64,000 nucleotides of DNA. It comes from an uncultured Rhodothermaceae bacterium (GTDB lineage: Bacteria > Bacteroidota > Rhodothermia > Rhodothermales > Bin80). The stretch is from the NCBI GenBank assembly GCA_964503085.1, contig CAZCYQ010000005.1:21576-85575 (forward strand), read 5' to 3'. The notes beneath the pieces are model-generated. The model was not told where the DNA came from and ran no database searches. It was given only the letters and a program-made list of their open reading frames with translations. Below are positions 1-8,487 of the stretch, one piece after another. The position numbers were made by a program, and so were the translations under genes. The number at the start of each line of letters is the position of its first letter. Within the stretch, counting starts at the first letter, position 1.

Positions 1-428
1 CAGCTGGTGCGCATCTTCGTAAGGTTGGCGTCGAATTCGGGGCGACGACAGGTCGACCCCGCAGATGTGGATGGCTGGATCTGGTTGCTCTTCGATATAG
101 TTGCAGACTTAACGGGTTCACAGAACTGGTCGTAACAAAACTTGATGTTCTGTCAGGTCTGGATACCGTCAAGGTTTGCACGGAATACGACCAGGGCGGT
201 ACGACCAAATCTCATTTCATCAACGATACTCGAGCGCTGGACATAACTACGCCCCGTTACGAAGTGCTGGAGGGGTGGACGCAGGATATAAGCAAATGCA
301 CCCAAACGGACGAGTTGCCGCTTGAGGCTTTGGCCTTGATTGATCGCATTCATTCATTCACGGGTGTGCGGGTTAATACCATTTCTACGGGACCAAATCG
401 TGCTCAAACCGTTGAGCTGAGTAAATAA
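1..428 (+). CDS. purA: adenylosuccinate synthetase, C-terminal fragment (5' end lies outside the window)
   Basis: Reading frame 3 is open from the window edge to TAA at 426-428. The translation ...EFGATTGRPRRCGWLDLVALRYSCRLNGFTELVVTKLDVLSGLDTVKVC... carries the conserved PurA motifs GATTGRPRRCGW and TKLDVL. It is absent from the ORF track because it has no in-window start. Confidence 0.9.
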   Translation, partial: AGAHLRKVGVEFGATTGRPRRCGWLDLVALRYSCRLNGFTELVVTKLDVLSGLDTVKVCTEYDQGGTTKSHFINDTRALDITTPRYEVLEGWTQDISKCTQTDELPLEALALIDRIHSFTGVRVNTISTGPNRAQTVELSK

Positions 429-460
429 CCAATGGTCCCCATTGCAGCCGATTCAGTTCC

Positions 461-1759
461 ATGCGAGCCTTTTTAACAACCCCCAAGCTAAAACTGGTGC
501 TCATTGTATTCGCTACGGGCATTGCTTCGGCGTCTCTATTGTACACCAGCTCTCTGGTTCGTCACTTGCAGGAGCGGGAACGCACAAGCGTGACCATTTG
601 GGCAGGTGCGATAGAGCAGATGGCACGTGCCGCCGTGGAAAATCCCTATGAGCAGGATTTTCGCGCTATGGCAGAAACCCTGGATCCCGCAGATCCAAAT
701 GCACAGCGGAATCGGGCGGCGCTGGCCTGGGCTAGTAGGCTACCCCAGGGGGATCATATTGATTTCATCTTTAATATTATGTCCGAGCACTCCCCTGATG
801 TTCCTGCGGCGATTGTTGATGCCGACGGAACACCTATCAAATGGCAACATCTGGGGGTGCCGGATTCCTTAGACCTGACTTCTCAGGATTCGTTGCAAAT
901 TGCACGGAGTATTGCCCGGATGGACAGAAAGTTCGAGCCGATCTTGATTGAGATTCTATCAGATTCCCCTGCCGCACCATTGGTCCAGAGGGTACACTAC
1001 GATGAGAGCACGATTATTCGGGATCTACGCGTGTACCCGTACCTGCAGCTTACATTTGTTGCGTTGTTCATTGGGATTGGCTATCTCGGCTTTTCATATG
1101 CTCGCCGGAGTGAGCAGAGTAATCTATGGGTAGGTATGGCGCGTGAAGCTGCGCACCAACTTGGGACCCCAATATCCAGCCTGCTGGGTTGGCTTGAAGT
1201 GATGCGTACGAGTCCGAACGCAGATCATGAGGTTCTGAAAGAGATCGACGAAGATGTTCAGCGATTGAGTCTGATTGCGAATCGGTTTAACGATATCGGT
1301 TCGATGCCAAAGCTTGAAAACCAGCAGTTGTTTCCTGTTATTAAGTCAACCGCAGATTACATCCGCAGGCGCCTGCCACGCCGCGGCGCAACCCTGACGG
1401 TTAATGTGTCGAAGGAACTGAAAGCACCAATTAATCCAGAATTATTTGCCTGGGTGATTGAAAATCTGCTCAAGAATGCCTTGGATGCCATAGAGCATAG
1501 GCAGGCCCAGGTTGAGATAACTGCGGGGCCGGAACGCAACAGAGTATACATCGACATCAGTGACAACGGTAAGGGCATCGATCGTCGCGAATGGTCCAAT
1601 ATTTTCAAGCCGGGGTACAGTACAAAGACCCGAGGCTGGGGGTTGGGCCTCAGTTTAGCAAAGCGTATCGTAGTAGACTATCATGGAGGGTCGCTAACAT
1701 TGTTGAAATCCGTCGTTGGTCAAGGATCAACATTCAGGATTGTACTTCCGGGATCATGA
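461..1759 (+). CDS. membrane sensor histidine kinase
   Basis: 432-aa ORF with an N-terminal TM helix and a second TM helix (LQLTFVALFIGIGYLGF). H-box is HQLGTPISSLLGWLE, N-box is ENLLKNALDA, and G-boxes are DNGKGI and GWGLGLS. Confidence 0.85.
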   Translation: MRAFLTTPKLKLVLIVFATGIASASLLYTSSLVRHLQERERTSVTIWAGAIEQMARAAVENPYEQDFRAMAETLDPADPNAQRNRAALAWASRLPQGDHIDFIFNIMSEHSPDVPAAIVDADGTPIKWQHLGVPDSLDLTSQDSLQIARSIARMDRKFEPILIEILSDSPAAPLVQRVHYDESTIIRDLRVYPYLQLTFVALFIGIGYLGFSYARRSEQSNLWVGMAREAAHQLGTPISSLLGWLEVMRTSPNADHEVLKEIDEDVQRLSLIANRFNDIGSMPKLENQQLFPVIKSTADYIRRRLPRRGATLTVNVSKELKAPINPELFAWVIENLLKNALDAIEHRQAQVEITAGPERNRVYIDISDNGKGIDRREWSNIFKPGYSTKTRGWGLGLSLAKRIVVDYHGGSLTLLKSVVGQGSTFRIVLPGS

Positions 1760-1907
1760 ACTCGGCGCAACGATTGCCAACCTGTAGCGGTTGACCGAAA
1801 CGTTAACCGTTTTTCTCGTTAGCGTAACTGAAATGGTCACTCATGTTCTCGTTATATTTTCATTATGTTTTCGTTATATTTCTGTCACAACGAACGCTAC
1901 TCCAAAG

Positions 1908-3305
1908 ATGATGTGTTTAGTTAGCAGGAAGTTATTGGTTACCGTGATTTCAATCATCCTTGTAGGGGCAGGGATAGGGTTATCTGACTCAACCGCACTT
2001 CAAGCACAGGTGCCGAAGGTTACCGCCGACGCCGTTGTGGGTGCCGATGGAAAGATAAATGAAGATTCTCTAAAGGCTTTTGTCACCTGGGCTACAGCAG
2101 TATCTGCAGAAATAACAGATATCACGGCAGGCAATGCTCTACGAGCAGCAATTTATGATACCACAGGTGATTACAGATCGGGCGATAATATCTATCTCGT
2201 GTACTTCACAGATCATGCTGGCACCATCGTATTTCATCCCGGGAATCGGAACTTAGAGAGTATACCAGCACTTGAGGTCACTGACGATGAAGGCAATGAG
2301 GTAGTTAAAACGATGTTGACTGCAGGTACAAACGAGGCAATGAGAGTAGAGTATTGTTGGAATGACCCGAATGATGACTCAGATAATGCTCCGGGTGCTA
2401 CTTGCAAGCCCAGTTATGCAATGCGTTACTTTGCGCCGACAATCAACTCCGAACTGGTTGTCGTCGGTGGATACTACCAGGATTTGACCGCTTTAACGAC
2501 GCCGCTCCCTAATATTCCATTGCCTGATGTGACCGCTGCTGATGTAGTAGACCGGGAAACCCTAAAGCAATTTGTAGAAGGTGCCGTGCAGTGGTCTGAT
2601 TCACTTTTTAGTTCATTGGGATTTGCGGCGGTTCTGCACTGGAAGATTGAATTCAGAAGAGATGTCAAAGATGGAGGGTTATTCAAAGACGGTCTGACAT
2701 TGCTGTACAGCATTACTCCCGACGGATATGTAGTCTTTCACGCACTGGATCCATGGCGAGAAGGTCGGATAGTCATCAACAACCCCGATGCTAGAGGTGA
2801 TACTACTTTCGTTCGAAGGATCATCCAAGCAGCCCAGTCCGGGGGAGGATTTGTAGACTATTACTGGGATAATCCTGATGATCCAGACGATGATCAGGGG
2901 GGAACTCTCAGGACGACTTATGCGGTGTCTCTTATGCCCGCTGGCATACAGGGAGAATATATTCTCGCAGGGACCTTTTTTCCGAGTCTCGTCACCTCGG
3001 TAGAAGGTGCAGCCACAGAGCTCCCGACAGAGTTCACGCTCCATGGAAATTATCCGAACCCCTTCAATCCGTCGACACGGATACAGTTTGATCTTCCTGA
3101 GAGGGCACAGGTAACGTTGCAGGTAATAGATTTATTGGGTCGTAAAGTGATTGAATTACCTGCGCAGGCGTTTTATGCGGGTGCTAACCATACGATTGAA
3201 TTGAATGCGGGCCACCTCGCATCGGGGACCTATATGTATCGGATGATCGCGACGGGGTTGGAGAGCAGGCACGAGAAGACTGGTCTCATGACGCTGGTGA
3301 AGTAG
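1908..3305 (+). CDS. secreted protein with two Cache-like modules and a T9SS C-terminal sorting domain
   Basis: The track ORF 1791-3305 was trimmed to ATG 1908, where a signal peptide (MMCLVSRKLLVTVISIILVGAG) begins. Two segments resemble single-Cache modules: YLVYFTDHAGTIVFHPGN...EYCWNDP...VVVGGYYQD, and LLYSITPDGYVVFHALDP...VDYYWDNPDD. The C-terminus LHGNYPNPFNPSTRIQFDLP...GTYMYRM is a Por-secretion tail. Confidence 0.7.
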   Translation: MMCLVSRKLLVTVISIILVGAGIGLSDSTALQAQVPKVTADAVVGADGKINEDSLKAFVTWATAVSAEITDITAGNALRAAIYDTTGDYRSGDNIYLVYFTDHAGTIVFHPGNRNLESIPALEVTDDEGNEVVKTMLTAGTNEAMRVEYCWNDPNDDSDNAPGATCKPSYAMRYFAPTINSELVVVGGYYQDLTALTTPLPNIPLPDVTAADVVDRETLKQFVEGAVQWSDSLFSSLGFAAVLHWKIEFRRDVKDGGLFKDGLTLLYSITPDGYVVFHALDPWREGRIVINNPDARGDTTFVRRIIQAAQSGGGFVDYYWDNPDDPDDDQGGTLRTTYAVSLMPAGIQGEYILAGTFFPSLVTSVEGAATELPTEFTLHGNYPNPFNPSTRIQFDLPERAQVTLQVIDLLGRKVIELPAQAFYAGANHTIELNAGHLASGTYMYRMIATGLESRHEKTGLMTLVK

Positions 3306-3603
3306 CGCAGATCAAGTGGCTCACCAGCCAAGTGGTGTCCAGGCACTTTTGTATAGAATGAGCGAAACGGCTTTGTATTTGCAGTGGAAGCGACTGCTCT
3401 ATCACCGGGTGTGCATTCTCAACATGGACTACAGGTACTCGAAAACCGGTGCTTTACTGACTCGCGACAGGTTAGAGATACCTAGCGACAACAAGAAGTA
3501 CAGTCCTCCAAGCAGGTCTGACGTGAAAAGTAAATAACCGACCGTCTGCCCAATAGGAACTGAGGAGGATCCTGGTTCTGAGCAGTTGACTTTTGTGCAG
3601 GAG

Positions 3604-4425
3604 TCATCCGCGTGTGGACGCACTGTCAAGGAGGTCTCCAAATACTATATTGACTGGTGTTCCCCTCTGAATGTGCAAGAGATCCGCTGCGCTGCCCTGG
3701 TTAATGGCGATCTCGAGCAGGTCGCTGCTCCCGAACAGCATCACAGGTTCACTTACAGGTACATCGATGTACGTCTTATGAATTCCCCGAATGATTCCGC
3801 TGCCAGCATATCCTTTGGCTTTGCGACCGTTTTGACGCGTTTCGAAGAGTGCGCGAGAAATATTGGTGATACAGTTGCCAAAGTGATCAATATACACGAT
3901 CCAGCCACGGATACCTTCCTCATCATCAATTGGCAGCGCCCAATGCAGATGCTTTAATTTTGCAAAGGGGGTACCCAACTCTTCAAGCGGGGCTCCGCTT
4001 GCCATCCGTGCAGCTGAAGGGGCGAACAGATCTCTCCCGTGGAATGTAGCCGATAAGGAGCTATCATTGGGAGCCTTCAGCTCAACCATTTGATCAGGGG
4101 TGTCGGTCTCAAGTAAGAGGGTGAACAAGCCATTATCCGGCCCCACGAAAAACTGATCGTTATGCCTCAAGGCTACTGCTCGACGAGCAGATCCAACTCC
4201 CGGGTCAACGACAACCAGATGCACGGTCCCTGCACTGAAGAATTTGATGACCTGACGCAGCACGAACGCGGCTGCTGCAATATCAAATGCTTTCACTTCA
4301 TGGGTAATGTCAATAAGCACCAGATCAGGATTGATGCCAAGCATCATGCCCTTCATGGCACCGACGTACCCATCGCTGTTTCCAAAATCTGTGGTTAGGG
4401 TTATCGTGGAGTTACAGCTAGCCAT
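3604..4425 (-). CDS. SAM hydroxide adenosyltransferase family protein (DUF62, SAM-dependent chlorinase/fluorinase-like)
   Basis: ITLTTDFGNSDGYVGAMKGMM...VHLVVVDPGVGSARRAV...FVGPDNGLF matches the DUF62 family signature. The start was moved to ATG 4425 (MASCNSTITL...), so the gene no longer overlaps the upstream receptor, which ends at 4436. Confidence 0.8.
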   Translation of the reverse strand: MASCNSTITLTTDFGNSDGYVGAMKGMMLGINPDLVLIDITHEVKAFDIAAAAFVLRQVIKFFSAGTVHLVVVDPGVGSARRAVALRHNDQFFVGPDNGLFTLLLETDTPDQMVELKAPNDSSLSATFHGRDLFAPSAARMASGAPLEELGTPFAKLKHLHWALPIDDEEGIRGWIVYIDHFGNCITNISRALFETRQNGRKAKGYAGSGIIRGIHKTYIDVPVSEPVMLFGSSDLLEIAINQGSAADLLHIQRGTPVNIVFGDLLDSASTRG

Positions 4426-4435
4426 TTGATCGGCA

Positions 4436-6466
4436 TTAGTGCAGGCTGATTCCAACACCAGCCTGTATCGAACGTCCTTCAGCTGGTTCAAAGTATCGGC
4501 CCCCAAAGGCATTAACCACCAATGAACGCACGTATTGGCTGTCAAGAATATTCTGAAGACGGGCGAAGGGATGCAGGGAGATGCTGCGTAGACGCCAATT
4601 CGATCGTGTCAGATAAATATCCAGAACGGTAAATCCTTCCGACTGTACAGAGTTTGTATTATTGGCCCACATCCCGGATGCAGATTCAAGAACAATTTGG
4701 GCTCCCCACCCGTTGCGTGTTGTGCCGTGAAGCGTTAGGTGTAGTTGGTGTCTGGGTACTCCCGGGATTCGTAAACCGTCGCCAGGTTCATTCAGAAAGA
4801 GAAACGATCCATAGTTGTACGCCATTCTCATGCCGACTAATGAACCTGTGGGCCAATTCATTGCGAGCTCGATACCATTATGTCGATTTTTCCCGCCGTT
4901 TTCGTACCATGTGCGTCCATCTTCTCCCTGCTGCGGAATAAGTCTATCCCGGATACGCAGAGAGAAAACTGCGAAGTCCAACCCGAGGCGCATACGGTCA
5001 AGTTGGCCACGTACGCCGGCTTCGACACCGCGAGTTTGCTGCGGGCCGAGATCCGAGTTAAATCCGCCCTCACCGGAAGGACTGTTAATCAGCTCAGTCG
5101 TGGTTGGCGTCTCGAAAGCAGTGCCGATATTCGTGTACCAGGTCAGCGTGTTGGTACGATAGAAAGCTCCCAGAGAGGGGCTCAGCGCTACGAAGTCTCG
5201 TACGCCGCTCTGATCACCATTGGAGAGAAGGTTGTCGGTCATCTCGAATTGCAACCGATCGAGTCGTGTTCCGACAGATAGCCCAAAGCGTGGTGAAAGT
5301 TGAGTGTTCACACCTGCAAATACAGCAATGCTGCCTACACGTTCATGTTGATCCAGGAGTACGTTCGTTCCTTTGTTACCTGCATCGTTGTTGAACCGAA
5401 AACGGTCATCTCGCATTTGGCGCAAGTCAATCCCCATAGCGAAGTCAACCACCCCGAGATCTGCCTGAAGCTGCGTATACACGCCGCCGGCTAAGCGATC
5501 CAATTCGATCCACGCGAAAGTCAGCGGGTTGTCAAGAGATCTTCGAATCCCGTAAGCCGTGGCGGACAGGTGGCCTAAGCGGGTTTGTGCATGAAGCGTC
5601 ACTCCACCTTGCACGTGGACACTGGCTTTTCCAGCCGACCGATTGACGTATCTGGAATCTGCCTGATTGGGGTCTAGAGATAGTTGTTCAAGTGTGAGGG
5701 ATCCGGGGGACAGGACATCCTGGATAGCCGTATTCAGCGTGAACAGGAGTGCAGTGTTGGAGCTTGGCACGGTCCGTGCGCTCACGCCTGCACGGAGGAA
5801 ACTGCCCTTACTGTGTGCCCGATGTCCTCGTTTGCTCACGCGTGAAGCGTAAGCCCGCACACTATGCACTCCACGCCGAAAGCCCGTGCTTACCAGTGCA
5901 TGACTCAGACCATAACCCCCTCCCATGTACCGGACTCGCAGACGGGTAGAGTCTTCCAGGCTGGCAAGGTGTAGAACTCCTCCACTAGCATTTCCCCAGA
6001 AAAGCGAACTTGGCCCGCGGAGTAACTCCGAGCGTCCAATGAATGCCGGATCAACGACATCAAGCATGCTTTGCCCGTCTGGCATCGTTAACGGGATACC
6101 GTCCAGGAAAGCTTGCAAGCCACGCACGCCAAACGCTGCGCGATAGCCCATTCCCCGAACAAGGATTCGCTCACCAAGGCCAAAGTGGCCGCGTTCGCTG
6201 ATCTGAAGTCCAGGCAACCCACGAAGTACACGTTGAAGTGATAGACCAGGTTCAGAAGCGATTATCGCGTGTTGCCGAATATATAGGCTGCGGGCAGCGG
6301 TGGTTTCGGTTTCCAGTTGACGTGTGGACTGGATCGTAATGGTTGGTAGAGAAACCACTGACGAATCCTGTGCCATGAGTGTGTGGCCCAGCAGTGCAAA
6401 GCCACAAAGGAGCAAAATCGAACGATTTTTCATAATTCCATCCAATGGGTAATCAGTGTAACGCAC
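4436..6466 (-). CDS. TonB-dependent outer-membrane receptor
   Basis: 676-aa ORF with a signal peptide (ILLLCGFALLGHTLMAQ). Plug-domain motifs are present (LQRVLRGLPGLQISERG...ERILVRGMG...FLDGIPL...LLRGPSSLFWGNASGGVLHL), followed by a long Gly/Tyr/Arg-rich beta-barrel-like sequence. Confidence 0.85.
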   Translation of the reverse strand: MRYTDYPLDGIMKNRSILLLCGFALLGHTLMAQDSSVVSLPTITIQSTRQLETETTAARSLYIRQHAIIASEPGLSLQRVLRGLPGLQISERGHFGLGERILVRGMGYRAAFGVRGLQAFLDGIPLTMPDGQSMLDVVDPAFIGRSELLRGPSSLFWGNASGGVLHLASLEDSTRLRVRYMGGGYGLSHALVSTGFRRGVHSVRAYASRVSKRGHRAHSKGSFLRAGVSARTVPSSNTALLFTLNTAIQDVLSPGSLTLEQLSLDPNQADSRYVNRSAGKASVHVQGGVTLHAQTRLGHLSATAYGIRRSLDNPLTFAWIELDRLAGGVYTQLQADLGVVDFAMGIDLRQMRDDRFRFNNDAGNKGTNVLLDQHERVGSIAVFAGVNTQLSPRFGLSVGTRLDRLQFEMTDNLLSNGDQSGVRDFVALSPSLGAFYRTNTLTWYTNIGTAFETPTTTELINSPSGEGGFNSDLGPQQTRGVEAGVRGQLDRMRLGLDFAVFSLRIRDRLIPQQGEDGRTWYENGGKNRHNGIELAMNWPTGSLVGMRMAYNYGSFLFLNEPGDGLRIPGVPRHQLHLTLHGTTRNGWGAQIVLESASGMWANNTNSVQSEGFTVLDIYLTRSNWRLRSISLHPFARLQNILDSQYVRSLVVNAFGGRYFEPAEGRSIQAGVGISLH

Positions 6467-6773
6467 GAACGTTTCAGGAATTCCGGTAACGCGAATCTCT
6501 CATTTGTGCCACCGTGTACACATATAGTGATAAAAGACTATTCCTAGTACCCGCCACAAGATGCATGAGATTCAGTAGTTGCGCGGTCCGAATTGGGAAA
6601 AGTACTTTGTTGCGGTATTGTTACATGCAACAAGTAAGTATATTGCACGAGAATCCTCATGTACGTGTGGACTCAGCACCCCTGAATCTGATTATGGGTG
6701 TTCCGGGCGTGCTGTTTTAGACTACACATGACATGAGTGGCAATCCTGTTTCACCTCAAATGTCGACAAGGGG

Positions 6774-7505
6774 ATGTTAGTAGCTATTGAAGGGGTTGAT
6801 GGTTCCGGTAAAGGGACACAGGCACAAATGCTCCTGGAGCGTGCTTTCAAGGAAGGGTATACTGCAGCTCTGCTGTCTTTTCCGCGGTACCAGATTACGG
6901 AAAGCTCGAAGTGGATTGCTGAATACCTGAAGGGTGATTTTGGGGAGCTTAACGAAGTTGATCCGCTCTTTGCGGGCATGCTCTTTGCGCTGGATCGTTT
7001 TGAGAGTAAAGAACAGATTGAGAGCTTATTAGCCAAGCATAACCTGGTTATCATGGACCGGTATGTCGAGTCCAATTTAGCCTATCAGAGTGCGCGCGTG
7101 GCAGAGGATGTTCGTACAAAGTTCGTTGATCGGTTGCTGAAACTTGAATACGAGATATACGGGCTGCCAAGACCTAACCTGACACTATTCCTGGACATGC
7201 CTGTTGTATTCTCAAAACATCTGATTTCAAGAAGGGGGGCTCGCGCATATACGGCAGACGATAAAATCATAATGGGTATGACAGAACAAATTGGTATACC
7301 CTACGGGAGGTATGACATCCATGAGGAAAACGCAGACTACCTACACGCGGTCCATAAAATGTATTCCCAAAGGTATCACCAGCTAATCAATTCTTTCGAT
7401 ATTTGCCCTTGTGAGGTGATTAATTGTCAGAATGAAGATGGTAAGTTGCGGAGCAGGGAAGACATTGCTCAGGAGGTCTGGAGTGCAGTTACAGCGGAGC
7501 GATAA
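6774..7505 (+). CDS. tmk: dTMP (thymidylate) kinase
   Basis: The N-terminus MLVAIEGVDGSGKGTQAQML has the P-loop typical of thymidylate kinases, and the central DRY motif is present (VIMDRYVESNLAYQ). It is longer than usual (243 aa) because of an insertion near the lid. Confidence 0.8.
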   Translation: MLVAIEGVDGSGKGTQAQMLLERAFKEGYTAALLSFPRYQITESSKWIAEYLKGDFGELNEVDPLFAGMLFALDRFESKEQIESLLAKHNLVIMDRYVESNLAYQSARVAEDVRTKFVDRLLKLEYEIYGLPRPNLTLFLDMPVVFSKHLISRRGARAYTADDKIIMGMTEQIGIPYGRYDIHEENADYLHAVHKMYSQRYHQLINSFDICPCEVINCQNEDGKLRSREDIAQEVWSAVTAER

Positions 7506-7580
7506 GAGGCCCAGTGAATCCTGCGGAAAAAAATACCGTAAGGAGTAGTAGGTAGATGGTCTCCACCAACTGAAGGCACC

Positions 7581-8306
7581 ATGAAAAACTACTCAATCAA
7601 TCCAGTGCGCCCCGGGGCGTTCGCTGCAATCGTTTTCTTTTTTCTATCCACAGGTTGTCAAATCACACCTGAGGATGAAAACTCTGTATCAGAGGATTCA
7701 AAGGACGCAGTAAGTGTGGATGACGCGCCTATGTATTCGGAAGATGACAGTTGGGAAGAAGACTTTGCGTTTGAAGAAGGTGGATTGACCGTACACGGGA
7801 ATCTACGGATTGATGGATTGGGGGAGGGGGCAATGCTTTCACCGATCAACTGGAGGGAGCTGGAGGAGTTACTGCCCAACAGACTTAACGGGGTTTCCCT
7901 GAACGTAACGGAAGGACAGACGATCGACTTTGGTCCAGGACTCTCAAGTGTAAGTGGAGAATACGAGGACGAAGAGCAAGTAGTAACGATTGTGATTGCC
8001 GATCTTGCATTTCTGAGCGGGATCGCAGCCCATGCCATGTCTGACTGGATTGGTGAAGAGATTGATAAAGAAAGTGACAGAGGCTTTGAGCGTACGAGTA
8101 TTTTCCGCAGCCGCCAAAGGGAGTACCCAAGCTATGAGAAATATCATCGTGAGCAGGGTCATGAATCCTGTGAGCTTCATTCATGGGTGGCAGATCGATT
8201 TCTTGTAGCGATCTCAGGTGACGGTGCCTCCATGTCGGTTTGCGAAGAAGCCCGTGACAGAGTTTCATTCCGACGCCTTGAGCGTCTGGCAGAAGCAGAC
8301 GATTAA
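7581..8306 (+). CDS. acidic lipoprotein, function unknown
   Basis: 241-aa ORF with a lipobox-like signal (FFFLSTGC). The mature protein is very Asp/Glu rich. No family was recognised. Confidence 0.6.
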   Translation: MKNYSINPVRPGAFAAIVFFFLSTGCQITPEDENSVSEDSKDAVSVDDAPMYSEDDSWEEDFAFEEGGLTVHGNLRIDGLGEGAMLSPINWRELEELLPNRLNGVSLNVTEGQTIDFGPGLSSVSGEYEDEEQVVTIVIADLAFLSGIAAHAMSDWIGEEIDKESDRGFERTSIFRSRQREYPSYEKYHREQGHESCELHSWVADRFLVAISGDGASMSVCEEARDRVSFRRLERLAEADD

Positions 8307-8487
8307 CCAGCACACACTAGTCCCTTGTTTTTGCTGATTGGGCGCGTCATGCCTTGATTTGTGCGTCTGGAGTAGTGCATACCCAGAAATCATCCAATAC
8401 TTAATTCCCTGGCAGGCGTCAACCGGGGATTAGCGGATCATTCGGGCCGTTGATTGTAACTTAGGGGTTCATTCAATCGGCTGTCCA

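Noticed and set aside
1791-1907. The N-terminal extension of the Cache/T9SS ORF given in the track (MTETLTVFLVSV...).
   Set aside because: The extension precedes an obvious signal peptide starting at ATG 1908, and it overlaps the region right after the kinase stop. It is most likely non-coding.
3316-3603. The small ORFs between the Cache/T9SS gene and the DUF62 gene (73 aa plus-strand, 70 aa minus-strand). The 123-aa plus-strand ORF at 3586-3957 was also considered.
   Set aside because: No motifs or ribosome-binding context were seen. The ORF at 3586-3957 is antisense to the well-supported DUF62 gene.
6669-6710. THI-box-like string ACTCAGCACCCCTGAATCTGATTATGGGTGTTCCGGGCG in the divergent region between the TonB receptor and tmk.
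   Set aside because: It lacks the CTGAGA and GGGGTGC partners in the proper arrangement. It lies upstream of tmk, which is not a thiamine gene. The reverse orientation does not fit the consensus either.
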